From a bacterium (GTDB lineage Bacteria > Calditrichota > Calditrichia > RBG-13-44-9): DNA of 64,000 nt. The notes beneath the pieces were generated by a model that made no database searches, was not told the DNA's origin, and worked only from the letters and a program-made list of their open reading frames with translations. Location of the stretch: positions 3,163,563-3,227,562 of the forward strand of contig CP070707.1 of NCBI GenBank assembly GCA_020350205.1, written 5' to 3'. Positions 18,315 to 29,392 of the stretch are shown here, piece by piece; position 1 is the stretch's first letter; each line of letters begins with the position of its first letter. Position numbers and translations under genes: made by a program.

Positions 18315-19628
18315 CTACACACTGTTGATTCGCTTTATAAGATTCTGGATAGCTTTCCATGAATCTTTTATGATGGTTTCCTCATGGTAAGGTTGAAGTT
18401 GCTGGTTTTTGACTTTCCATTCTCCATTTACCATGACATGCAGGACCTCTGAAGACTTAGCTGAATAGACAATTTGAGAATAAATATCATCGGCAGGAAT
18501 ACAATGGACTTTACGAAGATCCATAACGACTAAATCTGCCTTTTTACCGACCTCAAGACTTCCAATCTGCTTTGCCAGGCCCAGGCTTTGTGCCCCCCCC
18601 AGTGTTGCCATGTCAAAAATCATTTTTGCTGAGGTTGATTTCACGCCTTTTATCGGTTTTTGAATGAGTGCGGCCAAACGCATTTCATTCAGTATATCCA
18701 GATTGTTATTACAAGCCGCCCCATCCGATCCCAGGCTCACATTTATCCCTCGGGAGATAAATTCAGGGACCGGAGCAAATCCTGAACCTAATTTAAGGTT
18801 CGCTGAGGGACAATGTAAAACATTAATATTATAATCTGCTAACATTTGAATTTCTACCTCAGAAACCCAGATACAGTGGGCCAGGCATAGGCGCGACGAT
18901 GCGAGGTCATTTTTTATAAAAAATTCCACATTTGAATACCCGGTTATTTCCTTCACGATATGCCATTCTTTTTTGTTTTCAGAGGCGTGAGAGTGAATGA
19001 TTAAATCATAATCCTGGGACAGTTTTTTAACCTGTTTCCACAGCGCTGAACTGCAGGAGGGAACAAACCGCGGTGCCAGGGCATACTGAATTCTTCCGCC
19101 TTCGGTATGATGCCACTTTTTAATTAATGCTTCGGTTTGATTAATAATAACCGTTTTGCTTTGTTTATATGGCTGTTCACCGCTATCCATCATAACCATT
19201 CCACTGAATCCCCGAATTCCGCTGGCGGCCATTTCTTCGAAAATGATCTCCTGGTGTTGGGCAATACCCATATCCAGTATAGAAGTGGTACCGTTTAACA
19301 ACATTTCTGCCAGACCCAATTGAACGGAGGCTCTTAGCGATTCGGCATCATGAGCCATCTCAAAGGGCCAGATATGATCCTGCAGCCATTCCATTAACTC
19401 CAAATCGTCCGAGAGATTGCGAAATAGGGTTTGGCATAAATGGACGTGTGATTGAATAAAGCCGGGGATTACAACCAGATTATCGAGCAGAAATACGTGG
19501 TGGTTTGAATTTTCTATGGTTGGGGAAATTTTTGTGATCCGGTCATTTTCGATCAGAATATCACCGGTAAAAATATCAGCTGCAGGATTTTGAGTGACTA
19601 TGAGACCGTTCTTAAGTAGAATACCCAT
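18315..19628 (-). CDS. amidohydrolase of the chlorohydrolase/MtaD-guanine deaminase family
   Basis: PGFIQSHVHLCQTLFRN (HxH metal site) and later HASE / AHC motifs; 437 aa. It sits next to adenosine deaminase on the same strand. Confidence 0.7.
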   Translation of the reverse strand: MGILLKNGLIVTQNPAADIFTGDILIENDRITKISPTIENSNHHVFLLDNLVVIPGFIQSHVHLCQTLFRNLSDDLELMEWLQDHIWPFEMAHDAESLRASVQLGLAEMLLNGTTSILDMGIAQHQEIIFEEMAASGIRGFSGMVMMDSGEQPYKQSKTVIINQTEALIKKWHHTEGGRIQYALAPRFVPSCSSALWKQVKKLSQDYDLIIHSHASENKKEWHIVKEITGYSNVEFFIKNDLASSRLCLAHCIWVSEVEIQMLADYNINVLHCPSANLKLGSGFAPVPEFISRGINVSLGSDGAACNNNLDILNEMRLAALIQKPIKGVKSTSAKMIFDMATLGGAQSLGLAKQIGSLEVGKKADLVVMDLRKVHCIPADDIYSQIVYSAKSSEVLHVMVNGEWKVKNQQLQPYHEETIIKDSWKAIQNLIKRINSV

Positions 19629-19951
19629 GGGATTATCATTTTTCCTTTAAACCTCAAGAATTTAGGAGTTTGTGCAATCTTAATCAAGTGAAAATCCAAC
19701 CCCGGTTGGAGCCTAATGTTTTAAATGAGTCCGTCTCCAGGAAATACTTTTGATCACTCTTCACCCAGATGGAATTCAGACTTGATGAATATCGAAGACT
19801 CTGCCTCGGGAAAATCCTTAAATTGAGTGGGCAATGCAGGCACTTTTCACGTTTGACCAAGAGCAAAAAGTAGAATTATTGAGGAATTGAGAATATGGCC
19901 TATAGTTTATAAAATTGCTCATGAAACAGATTGGAAGTCGGGATTCCCTGA

Positions 19952-20455
19952 TTAAGGATATTTTTCTATAAAATCACCAAGGGAAAAATATTTTCGATTG
20001 AACAGGATAAGAGGATTCTGTTGACTATTCTGCTCCTGATTAACCACTTCTCCGATAAACAGCGTATGGTCACCGGCCGTGAGATGATTTACCAATCGGC
20101 ACTCGAAGGTAGCTAAACACCCTCTGAGTAAAGATGCTTTGATCTGATGAGCCGGTTTTTTTGCCTGTTTGAAAGGGGCTAAACTCCATTTTTGATTGTG
20201 TGAACCGGACAGAGTTCCGGCCAGCGTTGCCATTTCTCTTTGGGTTTCGGACAATACCAGAATAGCGAACTCCCTACTCCGAAGGAGCAGATCATGAGAA
20301 TAGCGTAATGGACTAACTGAAACCATCAGAAGCGGGGGCTTTCTCGACAGTGCACTGACCCAGGACATGGTCGCAATATTTTCATGCTCTCCGTCTGAGG
20401 TTGACAATAAAGTGACAGGGTGTACTAGGTTTTGAGAGTAAGAAATTGTTTTCAT
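19952..20455 (-). CDS. flavin reductase-like (FMN-binding split barrel) protein
   Basis: P.TLLST.DG..N.ATMSW...S.KPP...VS, then GSHNQKW, AGDHTLFIGEV, matching the flavin-reductase-domain consensus. Confidence 0.65.
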   Translation of the reverse strand: MKTISYSQNLVHPVTLLSTSDGEHENIATMSWVSALSRKPPLLMVSVSPLRYSHDLLLRSREFAILVLSETQREMATLAGTLSGSHNQKWSLAPFKQAKKPAHQIKASLLRGCLATFECRLVNHLTAGDHTLFIGEVVNQEQNSQQNPLILFNRKYFSLGDFIEKYP

Positions 20456-20754
20456 AATACCTCCACGATTCTACATCAAATTTGTCTGCATTGTAGTGAC
20501 TTCAGCCATACATTATTAAATCCAATCAATTTCCAGAGCCGCCAATGGGTTAATATATAATTATCTTCTCGGTGGTCGACATAAAGAAAAATTTTATATA
20601 TCCTTTTCAGAAAGATCGGCGTTGCTCTGGGAACTATTCTTAAAACGACTTGCTCAAATCCTCTCTGAATATGTAAATTATTAGCTTAAAAATTATTTGA
20701 AAAATGTAAAAATAGTAATAAATAATATAAATTTAAATCGCTTTATAGCTCTAG

Positions 20755-21765
<1,011 letters not shown>

Positions 21766-21830
21766 AAGAAATCTTTTAAATCCCCCGTAAATAATTGCGG
21801 GGGATTTGACCATAAAATTGGAAATGAGCC

Positions 21831-23027
21831 ATGGGGAAACTTTCTATTGATCACTTAGAAATGCAGGGAAAAAATGTCTTGGTGCGAGTCGATTTTAATG
21901 TTCCACTGGATGAGAATCAAAATGTGAGGGATGATTTTCGGATTCGTGCCGCACTCCCTACGATTCAAAAAATTATAAGGGATGGAGGACGGGCAATACT
22001 TTGCTCTCATTTGGGACGTCCCAAAGGGAAACCTGTGGCCACTATGAGTCTCAAACCGGTGGCAGAAAAACTGGCTCAGTTATTGGGAAAGCCAGTAAAT
22101 TTTACAACGGATTGTATTGGCCCGAAAGTATCACAATTAAAAAAATCGTTGCAGGACGGCGATGTCATGCTGCTGGAAAATCTGCGGTTTTATGCTGAAG
22201 AAGAGGCTAATGACCCTGACTTTGCCCGTTCTCTGGCAGAGAACTGTCAGCTATACGTGAATGATGCATTTGGCAGCGCCCACCGAGCCCATGCTTCCAC
22301 GGAAGGTGTTACAAAGTATTTTAGGAAATCTGCCGCTGGTTATCTGATGGAAAAAGAGTTGAAATATCTTGGGGATACCCTTGAAAAACCAGAGCGCCCA
22401 TTCGTAACTATTTTGGGGGGAGCAAAAATCTCGGGCAAAATTGATGTCATCAGTCATCTTCAAAATAAGGCAGACTATTTGCTGATCGGTGGAGGAATGA
22501 TTTTTACTTTTTACAAGGCGCAGGGTAAAGAAATCGGGAAATCATTACTTGAAGAAGATCGGCTGGAAATGGCAAAGGATATTTTACAAAATTTCCAATC
22601 GTCACGATGTAAACTTGTTCTTCCGGAGGACGTACTCATTACAGATAAAGTTGAATCCGGAGCCCGAACCCAGGTTGTTGATGTCGATGATATTCCCGCT
22701 GAGGGGATAGGAGTTGATATTGGTCCAAAAACAATTGATACATTCAGCGGGATTTTGAAAAATTCCAGAGCCATCGTCTGGACTGGTCCCATGGGTGTAT
22801 TTGAGATTCCCGAATTCGCAAAAGGTACTGAAAATGTTGCTCGGCTGCTAGCTGACCTGACTGCGCAGGGTGTTACCACCGTTGTGGGCGGAGGTGATTC
22901 TGCAGCGGCTGTGAAAAAGTTTAAACTGACTGATCAACTCAGCCATGTTTCAACCGGCGGGGGCGCTTCACTGGAATTCCTGGAAGGGAAATTATTACCG
23001 GGTGTTGCCGCTCTGACGGATGCCTGA
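21831..23027 (+). CDS. pgk: phosphoglycerate kinase
   Basis: VLVRVDFNVP, CSHLGRP and GGGAKISGKIDVI signatures. It follows gap. Confidence 0.95.
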   Translation: MGKLSIDHLEMQGKNVLVRVDFNVPLDENQNVRDDFRIRAALPTIQKIIRDGGRAILCSHLGRPKGKPVATMSLKPVAEKLAQLLGKPVNFTTDCIGPKVSQLKKSLQDGDVMLLENLRFYAEEEANDPDFARSLAENCQLYVNDAFGSAHRAHASTEGVTKYFRKSAAGYLMEKELKYLGDTLEKPERPFVTILGGAKISGKIDVISHLQNKADYLLIGGGMIFTFYKAQGKEIGKSLLEEDRLEMAKDILQNFQSSRCKLVLPEDVLITDKVESGARTQVVDVDDIPAEGIGVDIGPKTIDTFSGILKNSRAIVWTGPMGVFEIPEFAKGTENVARLLADLTAQGVTTVVGGGDSAAAVKKFKLTDQLSHVSTGGGASLEFLEGKLLPGVAALTDA

Positions 23028-23109
23028 GAACAGGACAGGTCCGATAAAGAAGGTCAATATTATCTCGATTAAAAGAAAATTCTGAAAATTTCCAATGAAA
23101 GGAAATCCC

Positions 23110-23880
23110 ATGAGACGTAAGATAATTGCCGGCAATTGGAAAATGTATAAAACCAATTCAGAAGCTCTGAATCTGGTTAAAAAATTAAACATCCGGTTGA
23201 AGAAAAAACCTGCCAAAAAAAGTCAGGTGGTTATCTTTCCTCCTTTTACGGCCCTGTCCTCCATTTCGCAAGAACTGAAAAAATCCAAGATTCAAGTTGG
23301 CGCTCAAAATTTATTCTGGGAAACTGAGGGTGCCTATACTGGAGAGATCTCTGCCGCAATGATTAAAAGCACCGGCGCAAAGTGGGTACTTATTGGACAT
23401 AGTGAAAGACGGCAATATTTCAAGGAGGAAGAAAAAGTAATCAATCGCAAAATAAAACTGGCACTTCAAAATAAACTTAAAGTCATCTTGTGTGTTGGGG
23501 AGACCCTGGAGTTACGCCAGCAAAATTTAACCAAAGATATCATTCTGAATCAGGTTGAATGGGGATTAAAAGGTCTAAAACCGGTTCATCTTCAAGATTT
23601 GGTTATCGCTTACGAACCGGTATGGGCTATCGGTACCGGTAAAACTGCAACCCCGAATCAGGCTCAGGAGATACATAACTTCCTGCGCGAAATTCTGGAT
23701 GCTTTGGTAGGGGGGGATATGGGGCAAAAGATGACACTTCTATATGGTGGCAGTGTAAAGCCGGAGAACGCTGCGGGATTGTTTTCTCAGCCTGATATTG
23801 ATGGTGCTCTGGTGGGTGGGGCCTGCCTGGATCCGGTCAGTTTTTCAAAAATCATTGAGGCCGGCGAAAAAACATTTTAG
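23110..23880 (+). CDS. tpiA: triosephosphate isomerase
   Basis: IIAGNWKM, IGHSERR, AYEPVWAIGTGKTA and GGSV motifs. The ORF is open from 23095, but the conserved N-terminus begins at ATG 23110. Confidence 0.95.
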   Translation: MRRKIIAGNWKMYKTNSEALNLVKKLNIRLKKKPAKKSQVVIFPPFTALSSISQELKKSKIQVGAQNLFWETEGAYTGEISAAMIKSTGAKWVLIGHSERRQYFKEEEKVINRKIKLALQNKLKVILCVGETLELRQQNLTKDIILNQVEWGLKGLKPVHLQDLVIAYEPVWAIGTGKTATPNQAQEIHNFLREILDALVGGDMGQKMTLLYGGSVKPENAAGLFSQPDIDGALVGGACLDPVSFSKIIEAGEKTF

Positions 23881-24111
23881 ATCTGAATTCAAAGAAAATG
23901 ATTTTGATCATTTTTATAATGTTAGACTTCTGATAAAATCAGAACAAACATATTAAAATCACCCCTGTTTTACTAATCGTCTCGAATCTCTCAAATCATC
24001 AATAGATGAAAATACCACAGGAACGAAAACAAATTTTAGCGCGTTTGATGATTCAACTGTTGTAATCTGGAAATATTAGATGGATATTTCATTTAAATTT
24101 AGAAAATATAA

Positions 24112-25509
24112 ATGATAGACATTTTAGACATAGAAAAAATGAGCATTGCTGAAGCCTTAAAAATTAAACCGGGCAGCAAACTCATCAGTATCAATCAGAA
24201 GCCAATCAATGATATGCTTGATTATCGGTTTTATAATTCTGGGGAAGAATTGGAGGTATTGATTGAACAGGAAGGGGAACAAATTTTATTTGAGATTGAA
24301 AAGGAATATCAGGAAGATCTTGGCTTCATCCTGGAAGATCTCAAAATGCGAAAATGCGGGAATAAATGTGTCTTCTGTTTTGTGCATCAAAATCCAAAGG
24401 GATTACGAAAAACCCTCTATTTTAAGGATGAGGATTATCGGTTTTCTTTTTTATATGGTCATTACGTAACCCTATCCAATACCCGCCAGGAGGACCTGGA
24501 TCGAATCGTTGAGCAGCGACTGACACCTCTTTATATTTCGGTTCATGCGACCGATCCTGAATTGCGTAAGTATCTTCTGGGTATTAAGTACGAAGATAGA
24601 CTGCTTGAGAAAATCGACTTTTTAACACGTCATGATATTGAACTGAACTGTCAAATTGTATTATGTCCGGAACTCAATGACGGGCCGCAGCTCGATCGAA
24701 CAATTTCTGATTTAAAACATTTTTATCCAGCAATACGTTCGGTGGCAATTGTTCCGGTGGGTTTAACCCGGCACCGCCGTAACCTTCCTCAGCTCAAGCC
24801 GGTGACCCGGCAATATAGCCTGGAACTGATGGAAAAAATAAATCGAAAGCGCCAGGAGCTATTCAAAGAATTGGGAAGTTCATTCATCTATCTTTCCGAT
24901 GAGTTTTATATTCGCACTACCCGGCTTATACCAGACAATGAATACTATGAGGGATTTTACCAGTTGGAAAATGGCGTGGGCTTGACCCGAGACCTCCTGA
25001 GCCGTTTTCGGGCTGAGTATCCTGAAATTCTTAAATTGAAACCCAGTATGAACCTGACTCTGGTGAGCGCCAAGCTAGGTGCAGCAGCGCTTAAAAAATA
25101 TTTTATGCCGGCGTTCTCTAAAATTCCGGGTTTAAATCTCAAACTCTATCAAGTGGCGAATTACTTTTATGGGACTTCGATTGTAGTAGCAGGATTATTG
25201 GTTGGCCGTGATATTTTTAACCATCTGAAAAATAAGCAACTTGGAGAATATATTATTCTTCCGCCCCGGGTGTTAAATCATGATGGTGTTTTTCTGGATG
25301 ACTGGACGGTGGATGAATTGGAGGCAAGATTACAACGGAAAATATTCATCTTTCCGGATAGTTTTTTGAAATTATTTAAAAATATTACGGCAACTGAACA
25401 GATGTCGGATAAAGAAAAGGCGAGGAAAATTAGGCACTCCGGACCCTCCCTGTATGTGGCCGAACATATGAAAAGCGATGAGGAGTTGTTTGAAAAAGCA
25501 ATTCAATAA
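24112..25509 (+). CDS. PDZ-like + radical-SAM (CxxxCxxC) DUF512-type protein
   Basis: A PDZ-like N-terminal ~70 aa, then CGNKCVFCF (C-x3-C-x2-C radical SAM cluster motif), with a ~370-aa remainder. It is immediately upstream of der, as is common for DUF512. Confidence 0.55.
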   Translation: MIDILDIEKMSIAEALKIKPGSKLISINQKPINDMLDYRFYNSGEELEVLIEQEGEQILFEIEKEYQEDLGFILEDLKMRKCGNKCVFCFVHQNPKGLRKTLYFKDEDYRFSFLYGHYVTLSNTRQEDLDRIVEQRLTPLYISVHATDPELRKYLLGIKYEDRLLEKIDFLTRHDIELNCQIVLCPELNDGPQLDRTISDLKHFYPAIRSVAIVPVGLTRHRRNLPQLKPVTRQYSLELMEKINRKRQELFKELGSSFIYLSDEFYIRTTRLIPDNEYYEGFYQLENGVGLTRDLLSRFRAEYPEILKLKPSMNLTLVSAKLGAAALKKYFMPAFSKIPGLNLKLYQVANYFYGTSIVVAGLLVGRDIFNHLKNKQLGEYIILPPRVLNHDGVFLDDWTVDELEARLQRKIFIFPDSFLKLFKNITATEQMSDKEKARKIRHSGPSLYVAEHMKSDEELFEKAIQ

Positions 25510-25550
25510 ACTTTGTATTCAGATTGAAGAAAGATAGCAGGAAAGATACT

Positions 25551-26870
25551 ATGAATCTTCCGGTTGTTGCAATTATAGGTCGACCGAATGTTGGGAAATC
25601 TACCCTTTTCAATCGAATTATTAAAAAAAGGGAAGCAATTGTTGATGATCAACCCGGGGTAACCCGCGACCGCCTATATGCTCAGACCGACTGGTGCGGC
25701 CAATCTTTTTTACTGGTAGATACCGGCGGATATCTTCCTCAGGCTACAGAGGAAATGGATGTTGCCATTCGCGAGCAGGTGGAAATTGCCATTGAGGAAG
25801 CAGACATCGTTCTCTATATCGTTGATCGGACAACGGGTATCACCGATTGGGATGTTGATATTTCGAATAAGCTGAAAAAAGCAAATAAGCCTCTCTTACT
25901 GCTGGTAAACAAAGTTGACCATGAATTAATGGAAGCCGATGAATATGATTTTTATAACCTGGGACTGGGAGATCCCATCGGAATTTCCGCCATTCAGGGT
26001 CGTAAGATCGGCGACATGCTGGATTTATTGATCCCGCATTTAAAAAAGGTGCCCCTGATATCCCCGCTGGATGATGCCATTAAGCTGGCAATTATTGGTC
26101 GGGAAAATGTAGGAAAATCGTCTTTCGTGAATACTTTGCTTGGTCAGAGCCGCCTGATTGTCACAACTATTCCGGGAACGACACGTGATCCCATTGATTC
26201 AGAATTGAATTATCAGAACCGCAAATATCTGTTAATTGACACCGCGGGATTGAAACGAAAGACCAAAGTTAAAGAGAATGTACTTTTTTACAGTCACCTC
26301 AGAACTCTCCGGAGTCTCCAGCGGGCCGATGTGGTGATTTATTTTCTGGATGCAAACGATGGTCCTACCCGCCAGGATATGCGGATTGTACAGGAAGCCA
26401 TGAAACAAAAAAAAGGCATGGTTATCGCCATTAATAAATGGGATTTGATTACCAAAGATGACAAGACCATGAAGGTCTGGGAAGAAGCATTGAGAGAGAA
26501 ACTGGGACTCTATAACTTTATCCCTCTGGTATTCACATCAGTTTTGCATAAGCAAAGGCTTTATAAGTTGTTAGATGAAGCCACGCGTGTTTATGAAGAA
26601 CTTTTTAAACAGGTCCCCACCCATGAGCTTAATGAATTTCTGCTTCCGATTATCAAACAAACCAGTCCACCGTCAAGTCAGGGGAAAGAAATTAAAATCA
26701 ACTATATCACCCAGATTAAAAACAATCCACCCCTGTTCGGTTTTTTTTGTAATTTTCCGAAATTGATTGGTGAAAATTACCGAAGGTTTCTGGAACGTAA
26801 AATTCGACAGCAATGGGGATTTATCGGTGTGCCGATCACAATTGTTTTTAAAGCCAAACATAAAAAATAA
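25551..26870 (+). CDS. der: ribosome-associated GTPase Der (EngA)
   Basis: Two tandem GTPase domains (GRPNVGKSTLFN; GRENVGKSSFVN, DTAG twice, NKVD/NKWD) plus a KH-like C-terminus. The ORF is open from 25524, but the conserved start is ATG 25551. Confidence 0.9.
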   Translation: MNLPVVAIIGRPNVGKSTLFNRIIKKREAIVDDQPGVTRDRLYAQTDWCGQSFLLVDTGGYLPQATEEMDVAIREQVEIAIEEADIVLYIVDRTTGITDWDVDISNKLKKANKPLLLLVNKVDHELMEADEYDFYNLGLGDPIGISAIQGRKIGDMLDLLIPHLKKVPLISPLDDAIKLAIIGRENVGKSSFVNTLLGQSRLIVTTIPGTTRDPIDSELNYQNRKYLLIDTAGLKRKTKVKENVLFYSHLRTLRSLQRADVVIYFLDANDGPTRQDMRIVQEAMKQKKGMVIAINKWDLITKDDKTMKVWEEALREKLGLYNFIPLVFTSVLHKQRLYKLLDEATRVYEELFKQVPTHELNEFLLPIIKQTSPPSSQGKEIKINYITQIKNNPPLFGFFCNFPKLIGENYRRFLERKIRQQWGFIGVPITIVFKAKHKK

Positions 26871-26924
26871 ATCATCGGGCATCCGGGAAAGGTGGTTTTT
26901 CATCTAACTTAAAGTGCTGGATTC

Positions 26925-28631
26925 ATGAATTTGCGCTCTCTTATGAAAAGGATCTATCAAAAATCAATTCAGGTTTCAAGGATTCTCCTGATAATTTCAG
27001 GATCTATAATCATTTTAAATATGAATCTTTTTGCCCAATGGCAGATGCGTTCACCCTATATCATTACGGAAAACACCGCTCCTCGGCACAAGTGTGGTTT
27101 TCCTTTTATGTTAGAAGCATATTTCTCTGCCAATCGCGACCTTTATGAACATCTGCAACTATTTAAAATGACTTCAACGCAATTTGATTCAGTCATTTTT
27201 TCACCTTCCGGAAAATTCAAGATTTATTATAAGGTTGAGGGAATTCATGCTATTCCTGATTACGATCGGGACCTGAATGGTACACCTGATTACCTTGAAT
27301 TTGTTGGCCAGTCATTCGATCGGGCCTGGGAGATTGAAATTGACTCACTGGGTTTTAATCCGCCGCGAGATTCAAGCGGATATTTTCGAGAAGTATATCC
27401 GGTTTATTGCAGACTTCTCAGGGATTATGGCCTGACGACCTTGATTTATGACATCCCCTCACTTCCCGGGCACAACTTTGTTACCTACACTGAAATAAAT
27501 ATCAATTATAACTTTGTGACTTATCCGGGTGTCACTGATCCCATTGTACGGGATAGTATGGCTATAGCCATCACCGCTGCCCATGAATTCAATCATGCCA
27601 TTCACAGTGGTTATCGAATCTGGGTGGAGAATAATAATGCTCTTGATTTGTGGTTCATTGAAAGTTCTGCTACTTATATGGAGGAGGTGGTTTGTCCTGA
27701 CGTCAACGATTACGTGCAATATCTGGATTATTATTTTCAGAGAACCAATCAGCCGTTTGATCAGTCGAGTGGCGGATTGGAGGACTATGGCAAAGTTGTT
27801 TTGGAAATTATGCTGGGAGAACGCTATTTCCCTCAGATTGTGAGATATACCTGGGAAGAAATCCTGGAATATCGTGCCTTACCCGCACTGGAAAATGTGC
27901 TTCAATCCCTGCAAACAAGTTTTGCGGCAGAATTCAGCCTGTTATCTGCCTGGCTATATTTTACAAATGAAAGATCTGTGTCGGGTCGTTATTTCCCGGA
28001 TGGGGACCTCTTTCCCAGTCCGCGATTCAAAGCAGCGGCAGCTGTACAGGAGAGAAAAACGGTCTTAATAAACGATTCGCTGCCAGGAAACTCATTTCAG
28101 TGGTATTTTTCCTCGCTAGAAGCAGAGACAGCTATTCAGTTATATTTAAAAGCTCTGAAAGGATCGGTTGCCAGTGATCTAAATGTCACGCTGATCCCTC
28201 CACCAGGGATTGAATTTATTCAATTTCACGCTTCCATATCAACACCGATTGAAATCGCTTCCGGTCAAACAGGAATACCGTTTGGAGTTGTAAATATGGA
28301 TATGAATGGTGGCGAATTTTATCCGTTTGAAATGATTTCTAATCCGATGAAACTGGCTTCCGCTCCCGATATCCGGGTTTATCCTCAACCTTTTTTATTG
28401 TCAAATTCCCAGGAGTATCTTCATTTTGATCAGTTACCTGAGAATGCAAATCTGTCAATTTTTAACAGTCAGGGTGACCATGTTATTACCTTGACAGGGA
28501 ATCCGGGTGACCAACGTGTGATTTGGGACTTGAAAAGTTCGCGCGGAAAACGTATAGGAAGCGGTGTCTACATGTACTATGTGAATTCCCCGGCGTTACA
28601 GTATCAGGGTAAATTTGTGGTGATTTATTGA
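26925..28631 (+). CDS. secreted zinc metallopeptidase (HExxH) with type IX secretion C-terminal sorting domain
   Basis: N-terminal signal/TM. HEFNH (HExxH) at about residue 220. The C-terminal ~80 aa (RVYPQPF...GSGVYMYYV...GKFVVIY) match the Por/T9SS C-terminal-domain consensus. Confidence 0.7.
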   Translation: MNLRSLMKRIYQKSIQVSRILLIISGSIIILNMNLFAQWQMRSPYIITENTAPRHKCGFPFMLEAYFSANRDLYEHLQLFKMTSTQFDSVIFSPSGKFKIYYKVEGIHAIPDYDRDLNGTPDYLEFVGQSFDRAWEIEIDSLGFNPPRDSSGYFREVYPVYCRLLRDYGLTTLIYDIPSLPGHNFVTYTEININYNFVTYPGVTDPIVRDSMAIAITAAHEFNHAIHSGYRIWVENNNALDLWFIESSATYMEEVVCPDVNDYVQYLDYYFQRTNQPFDQSSGGLEDYGKVVLEIMLGERYFPQIVRYTWEEILEYRALPALENVLQSLQTSFAAEFSLLSAWLYFTNERSVSGRYFPDGDLFPSPRFKAAAAVQERKTVLINDSLPGNSFQWYFSSLEAETAIQLYLKALKGSVASDLNVTLIPPPGIEFIQFHASISTPIEIASGQTGIPFGVVNMDMNGGEFYPFEMISNPMKLASAPDIRVYPQPFLLSNSQEYLHFDQLPENANLSIFNSQGDHVITLTGNPGDQRVIWDLKSSRGKRIGSGVYMYYVNSPALQYQGKFVVIY

Positions 28632-28735
28632 TTTATACTGAGGCGAGAGATAAAAGATTTTTTAGCTGTGATTTGAATTATATCGGGTAGGTATTTATTT
28701 TAAGAGTTAACAAAAAAACAGAAGATTAATGGAGT

Positions 28736-29392
28736 TTGATGGAACTCATATTTGTTGCGCTAATGATAAGTTTTCTTTCCCTGGACATCACCATAGCATT
28801 TCAGGTGTTGATTTCCAGTCCAATATTCAGTGGTCCATTGATTGGATGGGCTTTGGGGGATGTAAGTCTGGGATTCGAACTTGGTTTTCTGTTTCAACTG
28901 CTCTGGTTAAGTAAGATCCCGGCCGGTGCCTATATTGTACCGGAGGGTAATATTGCCAGTATGATTGCCGTTGCCCTGGTGATTCTTTTAAAGGGATCCG
29001 GTTTCCCGAATACTACCCTGATGCTGGTTTTTGTTGAAGCGATATTCATAAGCTACCTGGGAGCACTGTTAACTTTATTTTATCGAAAATTAAACGGGAA
29101 AATTTTTAATCGAATGATGAAAGAGGTTGAATTGATCCATTTTAACATTATGTTGATTTTGGAAGTTGGAAGCACTCTCATTTATTTTACGGCCGTTTTC
29201 TTCTTAACGTATGTCAGCTTGATGTTGACTCTTGCATTTTTACCGGTTCTCATTCAGGCGATTGGTTCGCTGTTTGAGAATCAGTTTGTTATTGTAAAAC
29301 CTGTAATACTGGGGATTGGATTAGCATCGGTTTATCCTATTTTGCGCGAAGTACTCCAAAAAGTGTCGGGGAGAAGCTTTGAGAAAAGTTAA
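28736..29392 (+). CDS. PTS mannose-family EIIC-like membrane component
   Basis: Polytopic membrane protein with similarity to ManY/AgaC-type IIC (LGDVSLGFELGFLFQLLWLSKIPAGAYIVPEG...IAVALVI). It overlaps the next gene by 14 bp. Confidence 0.6.
   Translation: MMELIFVALMISFLSLDITIAFQVLISSPIFSGPLIGWALGDVSLGFELGFLFQLLWLSKIPAGAYIVPEGNIASMIAVALVILLKGSGFPNTTLMLVFVEAIFISYLGALLTLFYRKLNGKIFNRMMKEVELIHFNIMLILEVGSTLIYFTAVFFLTYVSLMLTLAFLPVLIQAIGSLFENQFVIVKPVILGIGLASVYPILREVLQKVSGRSFEKS

Noticed and set aside
22511-22879. 122-aa minus-strand ORF within pgk
   Set aside because: It is antisense to a highly conserved glycolytic gene.
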